A stretch of 64,000 nt of DNA from assembly GCA_965202585.1 (NCBI GenBank), contig OZ241830.1, positions 33,108,001 through 33,172,000 of the forward strand, written 5' to 3'. Of this stretch, positions 1 to 13,048 are shown piece after piece; within the stretch, counting starts at the first letter, position 1, and the number at the start of each line of letters is the position of its first letter. The notes beneath the pieces were generated by a model. That model worked only from the letters and a program-made list of their open reading frames with translations. It did not search any database and was not told the DNA's origin. Source of the stretch: Thalia democratica (taxonomy: Eukaryota). The translations under genes were made by a program, and so were the position numbers.

Positions 1-133
1 TTAGTTGGTGTTATGGTGTAAATATCATAAAAAATATCGGTGTATTGTATATCGGTGATAAAACGAACATTAAGTTTTTTAAAGGTGTTAAAATCATACA
101 AAGTACTTTTTTGCACAAATGAACCACTTGCAG

Positions 134-3100
134 CGCAAGAGAGCGCCGGCGAAGTGGGTTGCACCCGCGACGGGGTCAAAGTCGAGCTGGGTAGCAAACA
201 CGTGGACGTGCCCATACTCAGAACTGAAGGCAGCAAGGGCGCCGTCTCGGTCGAGTGGTTCGTGCGTGAGGACACGGCGATAGAAGGAACTGATTTCAGG
301 GAGTGTCAGGGGGTGGCGTACTTTGCCGACGGGCAGACGAAGTCGATGGCTAGGGTCGATTTGGTGCACAGTTCGAACTTGGACGGGGACCAGGAGAGGA
401 GGTTCATACTGGAGCTGGGCAACACCGACGGGGGTTGCACCCTCGGTTGCTACGAGACCAGCGTGACTATTTACAGGCCCCAAGGTAGTTTACTTCGTGG
501 ACAAGGGTTTTTCCCTATGATTAGTTAGAAATTCTCTTTTTGTAGAAATTTTCTAAATAATCAATAATATTTTTACAGGATAACTTCTCTGGTGGCAATT
601 CCTTTCAAAAATTAATTTGACTAACAAAATCTTTTTTTAATTACTAACTGCATGCCTATAGCTAAAAGCTGCTTGTTTTTGTTTTGTGTTTTTATGCATG
701 GTAATTGCTAAATATTTTCAATAGTTTAGAAGTATGCAACTTGTAATTATATAGGTCTACTTAACATAAATTTAAAAATAAACAAAACTTATGACATTTT
801 AATAAGCTTATAACTTCTTTAAACTTAAATATACTCCTACTAACACATCAAGTAATGAAACTGGATTCAAGATAGAAATAAGGGTGGGTGATAAAACAAT
901 TTAAACTAGGCATGATTAGGCTTAAAAGAGCAAGGCAAAGCTAACAGTTATAACAAAATTTAAACAGGCAAAGCTTATAATATGTTGAATATTTTCACTC
1001 TTTTAGACTTTAAATTTTTATTGAAATTAATACATAAAAAAGTAAATTGGTTACTGGATAATTAATTACTTACAAGAGTTTTATTTATTTGAGCTAAAAT
1101 TACTTTTTTTTAAAAGAAGCATGCAAGTAATATTGTAAAAAATTGTTAAGTTTGAACATTTTTTTTGTACTTTGTTACAATTTCTAAAACTTTTCTAAAC
1201 TAAAAATAAAACATTTAGTTTAAATCTTAATACTTAGAAAAAATAAAATGTTTGTTTGTCAAACACTAAAAGTTTTACAAAGCTACCCGAAAAGTTTATT
1301 TGAAATCTACATAAATTTTCAGAGTATAAATAGCTATTAAGTAAAGTTTTCGAAATGTTATTAATGTTAAGTATTAAACATATCTTAAAACATTTTAATT
1401 AATATTTTAGTACCTGTTGTTGCCCCACAAAACGTCAGAGTTCAAGCTGGAAGTTCTTCAAGTCTCAAAATTACATGGTTGAGTCAGGAAGCTAAAATTA
1501 TCGAATATGTTGTAAGTTTTATGCTGAAAATATCTAAAACTAAGTTGATGGATTTAAATAGTATTTTAACATCAAATATGCTTTTTATCTAAACTTTGTC
1601 CAATTCTAATTATAAAAATTACTGTTACAAGTTCGCTCAATTTAGTGTAAAATGATGCATATATGTATTGAATTTTTAAAATACTTTTCACTCTGTATAA
1701 AGTTTATTCGTAAAACAAACATAATATATTTCAATAAAAACAATTTGTTGTAAAAGTTTCAACTTTCTTTTTTACTCTAAAAAATCAAAAAAATTGTGCT
1801 AAAACTTATATTTAATCGCCAGGTGGCGTACAGACGCACTGGAGAATCGAGCAACCAGCTGGTGAAGAGAAAAGTGCCCTCATCCGAGACGTCCTACGTC
1901 ATAGAGGGGTTGAAGGCTAATAGTAGCTACATCGTGGTGGTGACGGCGGTTGCCGAGGGCGGCCACAGGATGTCGTCGCAGATCGTCACTTGCAAGACTT
2001 TTGGTGCCGGTTGGTTGTTTAGTTTTAAACTTGTTTAAATAAATTTGCACTATAAGCGGATTGGTTGTTATAATCTACTATGTATTATTTCGGATAGATA
2101 AAACAACATCATAACTGTTTATCCAATTGTTTAAAATTTATTTATTAAAAAATAAAATTGGTCATTAATCAGTTTTCTTTTTTCAAAATACTTTCAAAAC
2201 ACTTAATAATAAAATCAGAAATATGTTATAAATTTTATTTAGTACTTTTCATAAATCGCTTTGTACGAAGTTCTTCAAAAGGCTAACAAAATACAAGTCT
2301 AAAATGTTTCTAACAGTTCCAGGATCACCAAACAGACTTGCATTCCAAGTAACCTCACCAACCTCCTTGAACGTGTCTTGGGGAGAACCTGCCGTTACTA
2401 ATGGAAAGATTATCGGTTACGAAGTCAAATACGAACCTTCAGGTATTTATTAAGTATTATTATGACTTTTGTACTTAAACATGGAAGACTTAACGTAGTA
2501 TTTTTCTCAATTTTTCTATTTACTAAAACTTCTGCAAACTAGTTCCAAATTGATTACATACATTTAAAAAAATTTTAAATACTAAAGTTAAACAAAAAAA
2601 CTTGATTGGGATAACAATAGGTATAGTTTACAGCTATTGCAGTATTAAACAAAAATGCTTAACCAAAATCCACTTCAAAGTAAAGCTAAATAGTTTTTTG
2701 CTACTACGTCATAACTGATCGTATTTGTTTTCATGCGAGTTATAAAACCACAGACGAATCGAACGTACCGCCCACAGTGGTGAAGATTCCCAACGGAAGT
2801 TACAGATCCCTGTTGGTTGAGGGCCTGATTGAAAACACCACCTACCTGTACTCTGTCAGGGCTGAAAACCAGGCCGGCTATGGCCCGTGGCAACAAGCCA
2901 AGATGCTCATCGACCACAAAGTCGGCACTAGACCGCCATCTAGTAAGTATTCGTGATGATAAATATATTCATTATTTTTTACAAATTATTTAAAAGTAGG
3001 CTGGTGTTTACAGTTGTAAAAGTCGTTGTTTACCTACACAGTATTCTTAAATTATGTAAAGTTTTATGAATTTTGTAAAATAACTTACATTAACTGAGCT

Positions 3101-5530
3101 GTAATTAAAAAAAAAACTCTTTTATATTGAATGAAATAGAAATTAAAAACACTTTATTTTTAGACCTTAGTTCAAAGTTTTGTTAATTGCAATTAGCGTA
3201 TATAACATTTTGTAAAAACAATACTTGGGAGTGTTTTTTATTATAAATTGTTATATCATATTGCTTTTATACTTTTATTTTCTTAATCTTATTTCCACAA
3301 ACAGCCGTATTCTTGGACGAACAAGGAGTGCAGTCTTACATGGAGCAGCAGACGAAAGAAGAACAAACGAAGAAGACACAGCAGGTTGTGGTTACCAAGC
3401 AACAGAAGAAGAAAACATCAGGAAAGAAAGTTGTAGAGTCTACAGATGTTACTACACGTATCACTAGGTACTTTATACTTAGTTTTTATTGCTTAGTTAA
3501 CTATATAATTACTGTATACAAAATAATAATTTAAAGTTTAAAAAATTTTACTTATATTCAGAAAGTTTATTAATTTATTTTATATTTGATAAAACATGAA
3601 ACTGTCTTGCTGCTGTTGATTTTGGAAAAAAACTGTTTTATAATAAACTAATTTCAAATAAAACGGTTAAGATCTACTACTTAATCTATAATTTTCTACA
3701 CAAGCTTCTAAGCGACGTTAAAAATAAATTTCTAGTTCTATTTCATGCATTATATCTGTATTACTATAGCAAACGAATAACTTAAAACCAAATGTTATAC
3801 AATATATTTATATTTTTGTAGTTTGATGTCATCAATACGAATTTCTTAGCAACTTAATATTCTTATCAAAGTACAATAGTTAAAACGTATGAGATAATTC
3901 ATGTTATTTTATTTATTTTTTATATAAACAACAATACAAAGGCAATTTTTTGTAAATATTTTAGTTAATAAGTACTTGGAATATTACTCAAAACTGTTTA
4001 TTTAAACTTGTAGATTGAATTTCTACTAAAATATGATTTATAAAATTACATTTAATAACAAAAAAGTATATCTTTTAAAGTTTTATAAAAAGATATTGTC
4101 ATGTTTTCAGGTTTAAGTTATTACGCTTAACATACCTTACAATAAACTTATGAAATCCCTTTTGTACTTGTTAACAATAAACCAGCAGGCTCAGAAATAA
4201 TCTATTTCACACAAAACTTATTAATAGAAGCTTATTTACAACAATAGCACGTGCTTTTGCCACCCCGTATAAAAATCACGGTGTGTGTTTGCGAGCTCGT
4301 TAAAAAACAAGTAGCAACTTGAATGTTTACCTTCCAAAGGCACAACCTCTTACAAACTTGTAAGCAGCTCATGTTGGCTTGTAACTTTATTGTGCGGCTG
4401 TCAACTTTCAAAGCCTTTTAACGCGCGCGCTTACGTCATAATCGAGCTGCAACGTCATAGTGCATGTTTACACAGGCACCTGAGGGCGAAGGGGGGCAAG
4501 CCGGCGGAGAAGGAAGTTACAGAGTACCCGGGAAGGCTGTCGAGGGAGGAAATTGAAAAGCTGGCGTCAGGCTGCGAAAGGGTCGAGGTAATGAGAAGTT
4601 GTTGATATTTTTTGAGAAATTCGTTGAAAGTATACTTTGTTTATTTTCTTTATTGTGGTCACAAGACTTGAAATATGACTCATAGAGTTTAATTAAACAT
4701 AAGTCTGAGTGTAAACTAAACATTTGTCTGAACAGTAGCCTTTGTGTAAATACGTTAATTCTCCGAGTTTAAATAACATATACATGTACATGTTTTAAGT
4801 TTTGTATTCTTACCGTTTAAACTTCAAAAAAAAAAGGGCTTTTTGTAAGGTGTTTAAGGTTTAAAAAATCATGTTTACAATTAATCCGAAAAAAATAATT
4901 GATAATAGTTCATAAACAGAGCTTTATTTGGTGTAAACCAACTTTCAGGTAAATGTGATGACAAGAAGCCTGAAGAAAACGGTTCCTGTTGAGAGCGGTG
5001 CATCATCGAGCTCCGTTGTGCAGTCGTCCGGAACATCAGGCGGCCAATCAAAAGTCACCAAAACCGAAAAGAAAACTAAGGAAGGAGGGGTAAGTACTTT
5101 GTAGTGTGATATTATATTATAGACTATTTTTGTTTTAATTAGTTTGGTAATGGTTTGTTTGGCTTTTTAAAGTATTTTAATGTAAGTTAGTTAAGTGCGA
5201 TGATCAATACTTTTGTTTACTTTGTTTTGAATTCAGTTTGGTTATAGTTCAAAAGCAAATTATTGTTTTAAAATTTGTAGCCGTTGTTTAGTGATTTTTA
5301 AATGCTGAATTATTGTTTTTAAGTTTTATACAACGTCTTATACAAAGTAGCAACACTGATTTATAAATTTTACAAGTTTTAATGCAAATATTGTGAGATA
5401 AATTTATTCTCTTATAATCAAACAGGTAACAACAATAACTAGAACAATCAAAACAACATCATCCGGAAGTCAGCAACAAAAATCAAACAAATTTTCAACT
5501 AGCACTGGCAAAAGAATCGTCAGAAAATAA
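134..5530 (+). CDS. ITGB4: Integrin beta-4-like protein, 3' part only (Calx-beta + 2 FnIII + Thr/Lys/Ser/Gln-rich tail); 5' exons lie upstream of the window
   Basis: Nine GT-AG exons join in frame: 134-484, 1411-1511, 1823-2009, 2317-2442, 2754-2942, 3305-3467, 4476-4587, 4949-5089, 5426-5530 (TAA 5528-5530). Intron phases are consistent (1,0,1,1,1,2,0,0). The first exon is a Calx-beta domain (VDVPILRTEGSKGAVSVEW...DTAIEGTDF...QERRFILELGN). FnIII-2 reads VPGSPNRLAFQVTSPTSLNVSWGEPAVTNGKIIGYEVKY, versus recalled human ITGB4 [39 protein letters not shown]. The extracellular and TM parts are not visible, so the symbol means ITGB4-like. Confidence 0.8.
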
Positions 5531-8500
5531 TAACATTTAAATTTTACTAACCTTTAACCAATACGATTTAAATAAAAGCAATAAAATTAAGAGGCTCTTT
5601 CGTTATGCACCTTTTTTTAGTTTTTTTTTAAACTCGTTATTCTTAGCCAAAGTTTTTACTTTTTTAATTTTCACTAACCGCATGCCTTCTTATTTATCTT
5701 TTTTTTTTATCTTTTACTTTTTTTATTTTTAAAGCCTCAAGTATTGCTTTTACGAGTTTTCTAACAACAGAATAAAGTATTAACAATGAATTTCGTGTTT
5801 GTTTGTTTATTTTATTTAAACTGAACTGTCATCTTAACAAGTAAGAATACTACCTGGACTAATTTGAAAAAGAAAAATTACATAAAAAATCAAACAAAGT
5901 GCAAATATGTATTACCTACTATAAAACAAAAAAGAAAAAAAAACTTAAATGTAATCTGGGAAACATTTTACAAATAGGTATAAACTCAGTTAGGGTCAAA
6001 CTAAGTTGAAATGTATTTACAAGTGTAGGCGCTTCAAGTTTCAAATAAAGATAGATGCCAACCCATTGTCTTGTAATTAAGCAAACAATAGGCAAGCTAC
6101 TTCACTCGAGCTTTTTGAAAACCAACTAGTTGTAGTTTCTTGTTCCGTTGAAAGTTGTAAAATGAAAAAAAAAACAGACTTTATTTTCAGAATCACGTAA
6201 GGTGATCAGTCAGTTTTAACGGAAAATGAACATACAGTAATTTATAATACCATTTGTATTTCGATAATAAGTAAATTTTTAAAACATCTTTAACACATTT
6301 GAAAAATTACTAGAGTTGTTAAAAACATTTTACTGTCTTTTTTTTAAACTCATTTTAACTTGTAGTTCTATAAGTAAAATTTAAGAAAATATTTCAAAAA
6401 ACAAAGTTAAACAAATATGGTCGCTTTTGGAAAAGATATATGTTGCTCAAACAAAACAAGCACAAACACGTATTTTCGTTACAATTTTCGAGTGCTAATA
6501 GTAAAAATTGCTTTAAAAGGTTTAATATATTCGACATATGTACATCAAAAGTCTTTACAACTTTAAAAACATTTTTCTTATAGGTATTAAAGCTGACAAA
6601 ACAATAAATGAAAAAATAAACATTAAGTTTTGTCTCTTTATGTAACTATTGTTTTTTTTTCAGTTTTACATAACCATTACAAGGGATTAGTTTCACTGTT
6701 CTTTTTCAGAATGTGTATTGGTTTTATTTCAAACTCGTTATGTTTTATTAGGCACGAATTACGAAACAAACTTTTATAGTGATTAAATACAAACAGCTAT
6801 AAACTAAAATATTTAAGTATGTCTACTAGTAATAACAAGTATAAACTGTTTCACGAGTTACAACAACAAATAAAACGTTTTTATTAAAACAACAAGTTTC
6901 ATGTGGTTTATAAGCACGTAATATACTGATAAAAAAGTGTTCGATTACTTTTATTGGTGTTTCAATATAAACAAAAAAGAAGACAACTATCGTAATTTAC
7001 TATTGTGTTGTTGTTTTTATAGTGTTTGTGGTTGCATACAAAAGACTTTTGCAAAAGCGATTTTACGTTTACAAACAAAATAGTGTGACGTAGATTTTTA
7101 TAAAAAATGTATAACTTTCTACTATTCAAACACGACATGATGAAACTCTTGTTTGATTATATATTTTTAAAGATGTCTAAAAGTATATAGTAAATGCTAA
7201 CCATTGTAATTCAATTATATTTACATATTTCCACGTACCTACTTAAGGATTATCTAATGATAATTTTGGTCACAAATGAAAAATATCTCGCTTATAAGGA
7301 AGAGCTTTCATAAATATGTTTATTAAATGTTATAAAACAAGATTGATTAAAACTTCTTTGTTTATTAGGCCAGTTTATATTGTAGAACCATCCTTTTTTG
7401 TTAAATATAACACTAAATTCTATATGTATTGCTACTGGGTGTAGTATTAGGCAGTTCAGTTTACTTTGGATTGCCACTTGAAAGGCTATTAAATTAAGCA
7501 ATTTAAAAACAGGTGTGTGTTTTGTGTTTTGTAAGTATGTGAAAGTTTATTACACAGGAAATGTCGAAAAAGCTTTCAACCAAAAAGACAAAAAACTCAA
7601 TAGCAGATTAATACAAGCACTATGAAAAGTCACTTAAATCAAAAAGGTTTATCTAAGTCTTTTCGCTTGAAGTTGTCTATTTATAAACATCAGTGTTTCT
7701 TTTTCTTTTACGTGTTTTCTGTTTCAAAGCAGTTGTTTATCCCTTTAAAGTATTCAAGTGCCGACTTCAATCGATTGTTTCCTTTGTTCTTTTTTACTTG
7801 AAATGGTAGTTTTGATGCTTCAGTTAAAAAAATGCTTAAGGTTGTACCAATTATTGGTTAAATGACGTTATAACTTTTGCTTAAAAAAACATTTTGTTTA
7901 TCAAATTTTTAGCAAAGATTGAAAGTTTATAGTAACAATGTATAAACTTACTGTTTTGGCAATTAAAGCAACAATTTTGTTGTTTTTTTAGTCGTAATAA
8001 ACGTTTTTAAAAATATTTGTCCAGCTTTTTACTAACAGATTTACTTATGGTTGTCCAGTGCTTAATAAAGCTATAACTTTTAAGTTATATACAAAGTTCG
8101 ATAGTAATTACCGCTTAATTTATTTGTTTAAAGTGTGCTTTGTTGTTGCTATAAAACATTATTGACGTATTACTTTTAATGTAACACAATGTTTATTTGC
8201 ACAAAAATCTACTTCCATTAATCAAAATAGTGCCTTTTCAAACAATAAGCAGTTATAAAAAACTTTTTCTCGATAGTAATCTAGGTCATTCTATTTTTGA
8301 AATACGTCAGACAAAATAAAATTCGTAAGTATAATCTGTGATTCATTGAGTTTTAAGTGTTTTTTTAGTTTAGTTTAACTTATTTCTTAAACTTTTAGCT
8401 TAAGTTTTCAAACAATTTGTTAGTTAAAATAAAATGTCTACAATAAAGTAAAAATTGAAAGCTTAAATCTAAACATTTAAAACCTTATTGAATCTTATAT

Positions 8501-10533
8501 ACTTTTACCATCCTTAAAATAGTTTACTATGAAATTAGTAGAAGCCTCAGCTTATTATGTTAATCTAATTAGGGTCTGAAAAATAACAAAAACTGTAAAA
8601 GTTACAATACTAAAAATATTTGTTTTAATTCAAGGTTATTCTGATCAAAACTTTATTTTATTTACTTTTTTAGTGTAAAGCAAGCGTAGAACTTTCTTTA
8701 AAAACAAATTATTTCAGTTTTGTGTAAGGAAAACACTGTTTTATAATGAAACCTTTAACCTTGTGTAAAACCTGTGGTTACAACTCAAAATATCAGTGTT
8801 TACTTTTAAGGATTAAGGTTTACAAAAGACCTTTTATACATCAAAAAACTTTTTTTTATAAATCTAAATCGTTCAAACACTGTATTAAACAAAAAATGCA
8901 AACATACAAAAAGCTTCAAATATTTGCACTCATTTTTATACAATTGTTAGCCTTTTATTTATTTTTAATAAACATAGATAAAATCAGTTCACCGAATACA
9001 TTTTTTGTGACTTTCATAACTTTCATTGTGGTCTGAAATAACATTTGCTCTGGCCGCAGCTTTTCAAACAAAAGGCCGCAATAAAAATTTTCATTGTTTC
9101 GAGTATATTGGGCATGAGTAGGTAATTTAGTGTTTTGAGCACACACTTGTTGTTTTAATATCGTAACCCGATCAAATTTATAGTAAAAAACAACACAAAT
9201 GTAGTTGAGAAGCTGTAAGTGGGTTTTCATGTAAAAGTTATACTTTTGAGCTTGTTTGTTTAAGGTAAAGCATGCTTAACAGTTTTTTTTTATACTTTAA
9301 AACAAGTATTTTCAAGGTTTAAACATTTGTTGACTGGATCTAACTTTCGTACTACTACAGAATTAAGTTTAAATAACTCAAACAACTGTTTATTAGCTTT
9401 AGTGTAGTAACTTTTGTAATTTAGAACTACTTTCAACTCTTTCTTTCATAATACTCTAAGTAATTATCAACTTTTAATAGTTGTTAAAGTAACACTAAAG
9501 TACAACATAGGTTCTAGCTTGTTAACAACTGCTTGTATTCTTGAAACTTAATATTGTTAAATACTTAATATCAAATATGTCATTTCTAAGTTGGACTAAC
9601 TTAATAAGACTTACACTAAGTTAAAAGTTTTAAAAATTTTGAAAGTTATGCTTTTGTATTCTCGCCTTATATCATTATTGTTACTTGCGTCTACTTTTAA
9701 ATAGTAATATAGACTTTATACTGTAGTGGTTTTTTAAACAGTCATTTTAAAAAATAGCAACGTTTGAGTGTATTTAAATATTTTTTATTAGCTTTTAAAG
9801 TTTTCATAAAATAAGGAAAACATTATAAAAGACAGTATTTTACAACACTCAATTAACAATATTTAAATAGATATTCAACTAATAACTTATAGTATTCAAA
9901 TTAAATAAATTTTGGAAAACCGTACTTTATATTTAACCAAAATATAAATAAACAAGTTATTCATTTTCAGTTTATTTTCTCAAAAAACGATGAGTAATTC
10001 TCTAATGGCAGATACACAAATCACACAGTGTGAAAAATAATGTCATTTATCACAAATAACTTAACAGTGATTGAAAAGTGTCTAATAAAACAGTGAGAAA
10101 CTAAGTTTTAAGTAAGTCTTTGTCATAACCACTAAAGGAATAATGAACCTAATAAAAAATATGTTAACATTTTATATAGTGTTGTCATTATATCGACTTA
10201 AAACTAAGTAAAAAAATCAATAAGTTGATGTTTCGAGTATATAGAAAAAAATTATAAGAAGCATTTTGTAAAACATATAAATTTTTAAACATTCCTTAAT
10301 AAACAAATTTCAAATAATTTTTTTTTGACTAAGTTAAACTTCTAACCAAAACAACCACTTATCTAAAACCATTTGTATTAATCTCATTGGAAGAAACTTA
10401 ACAAAACAAATACTTTACTCAATCAAACATTTTTACAAAAATCTTGGTAATTTAGTTCTACAAAATTTACAAGTAAGACAAGTTCTAACGCAGGTATTTC
10501 CAACCCAATATGGTTTTTCAGTTTCGGGGAATT

Positions 10534-13048
10534 TCACACGTAGAACTCCACGCAACCCTTGTCGGCGCAGGTACTTGCCGCGCCCCCGCGGTCCAAATAC
10601 CTCACTTGCCTCGGGTCTGTCGTGTGCTGCCCGCTGAAACAGTGACCTGTGAGGAAGAAATGATTTTTATAGTTAAGTAATACAAAATATTTTTAATAGA
10701 AAGTTTGACTTTACTTTGAGGTGAACTAAGCTGTTGAGTTTGTATAGGATGAGATAAGAAAACTTTCGTGAAGTGCATTTCAAAGAAAACGATGATTTTA
10801 TCTGTACACAAAAGGGCTGATAAAACAACACTGCGTTGCCCTACCATCAGTTTTATTATGTGATAAAATATTTCTTTTAAACCAGGTTTGCTGAAACAAC
10901 ATATTTTCCTCCATTTTTAAGAGAAAGTTTTTAAATGTTTATTCCGTTTCCTACACTACATAACTTTTAAAAGTTTTTTTTTGAAGTTTCCAGAAGTATC
11001 ATATTTAACAATGCTAACGGATATGGTTTAATTAGTTAAATAAATTTCTAATCTGTTTTGTCACGTAATCAAAGTTAATGCCCTAATTAATGTTTATCTT
11101 TAGAATTTCTGTAAATGCGTAAGACAATGATGTAAGTTTAGTGCGTTTGTTGTACTAAGGAGCGCCTCTTTTCTGGAATATTTCAGGACGTATAAACTAA
11201 AACAAACAAAAGTGTATCAGTTTCAAGTGCTAACTATAGATAAGGAAATAAAATAATTATAAATATCACAAAATCACTATTTATTGAAATAGTAATAAAA
11301 AACTGCATCATCACTACACAAACTTATACTTGTTAGAAAAAACTTTTAATTTGTCAAACAAACCCAGGTCTTAAGTGTTTGCGTGTAATGAAATACAAAC
11401 AAGTTTTTGAACATTAGCTAAAAATCAATTAATTTTATCACCGTTATACAACAAATACTATATTTTAAATGCTCTTATTAATGGTAAATATTAAGACTAA
11501 TCAAATAAGTTTGAAGAAAGCACTACAAAACCACATCAGTGTTACAAGTGTTTTATAAAATTCAATGTTTTAGCTCATAAAATGATAATAAAAAGTAATC
11601 AAAAGTATATTTGCTGTTCATGAGATGAAGAGATATAGAAAAAAAAACGTAAGCAAAACCCTAACAAACTACTCTGAAGGTTTTTGTTTGAAATATTGAG
11701 CTTGAAATTATAGTATAAAACAGAATAACATTGAATTCGAACACACTTTATTAATTATAAAACTAACCAGTGAAAAGTGAGTTGGTGGATTCCTCGTAAA
11801 AGTCCATTTTGTACAGTCTGAAGGTGTGGTTGCAGCAGGTGCATATGAAATCTGTTCCTTCACTGTCCTCCCCAATCACATGCACCATTGATTCTGGATG
11901 CGGCAGGCGGCATCTGCTCTTCTGATTGGCTGAGAAGTTCTAAGATTTTTTTTTGATAAACTAGTTGTTGTTGAACTAAGCTAAGTTGAAAGTTTTCTTT
12001 TAAAATTAAGCATCCATATTTACATAAAAAAACTTCAATACTGTTATTGTTTATAATTTGTTTTTTAAAGCTTTTAACAGAAACATAATTCTAAAAGAAA
12101 TTAAAAATGTTAAATTATTTACAAAGAACATCAAAAGCTTACTTTGTGACATCTCACGCAATGTTGTTCTCTTTCTACCTTTTTTGAACTTCTGGTATCT
12201 TCTTTTGGTAGCATCAGAGACTTGAGAGATTCTATGACTTTCATGTCTTCTGTTTGAATGCTCCTCTGTAACAACAGTTTCAAGTCCTTGCTAGAAATGT
12301 CGTTTATTTTGGTCTTCATCAACTTCACGTCTCTTTTTTCGCATTTCTTATTTTCTTGATTGCTCGAACTGCTTTTTCGTCTAGTTTTAGACTTGCATAA
12401 GTGTTTTGTTTGATTCCCAGAGCTAAAGATGCAAGGTTTTTTATTTTGAGTCTTGCAATCTTTGACGCTTAAAACGTTCTTTTGTGATGTCTTAACGCAA
12501 TTTTTGTCCCTCCTGACGGCAACTGGCTTGTGCAGCTCCGTAGCGGCTGTTTCAACGAAACTGAGTAGGCTGCTTTCGTTGCTGGCCACAGAGTCATCGA
12601 AGATCGACGACCCCTCGCTCAACTTCCTGATTACCACCTCCTTCTTCTTAAAAGGCTTGAATGCGGACTTTTGTGAGCCGATGACCACCGAAGAAAATCC
12701 ACTGTCGTTAGAAACCTGGGTCAGCGACTTAAAGTTATCACGTTTTGTGTTGATCTTCTTAACAGGACTCATTGGTTCCGAAACGGGGACTTTTTTAGAA
12801 TGGTACACGTTGTTGTAATTTTCGAAACCGAAATTTGGTAGGTCTGGCATTGTATATTGGTCTGTTTCAAAGAGCAAATCGTGCAGAGGATCTTTGGTAG
12901 ATCTTGTGTGTTTGATGTTCGATGAAGCGCAACTCCTCAGTTCATCAGACTCGAAAGATTCAGCAGTGGTGGAGTATCCGCTTTCAGATTGGCTTAAAAG
13001 GCGTTTTTGCTGCTTCAACAAGGCGAAAACCCGCTTTTCATTTTCCAT
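10534..13048 (-). CDS. Uncharacterised ~396-aa protein: basic, Ser-rich disordered N-terminus and Cys/His-rich putative zinc-binding C-terminal domain
   Basis: Exons 13048-12143 (donor AAA|GTAAGC, phase 0), 11939-11768 (phase 1) and 10646-10534 (TGA) join in frame. C-terminus reads HCVRCHKNFSANQKSRCRLPHP...FICTCCNHTF...GHCFSGQHTTDPRQVRYLDRGGAASTCADKGCVEFYV*. Confidence 0.85.

Noticed and set aside
94-483. Antisense ORFs over real exons (94-483, 2675-2917, 12453-12818, 12894-13085, 33292-33483, 40692-40910, 47294-47500, 47436-47633, 50547-50744, 60149-60349)
   Set aside because: They are shadows of coding sequence on the opposite strand and have no independent features.
8746-9230. ORFs 8746-9036 (+) and 8955-9230 (-), and other 60-80 aa F/L/I/K-rich ORFs across the window
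   Set aside because: Their composition is typical of translated AT-rich non-coding DNA, and I could establish no splice partners or homology.
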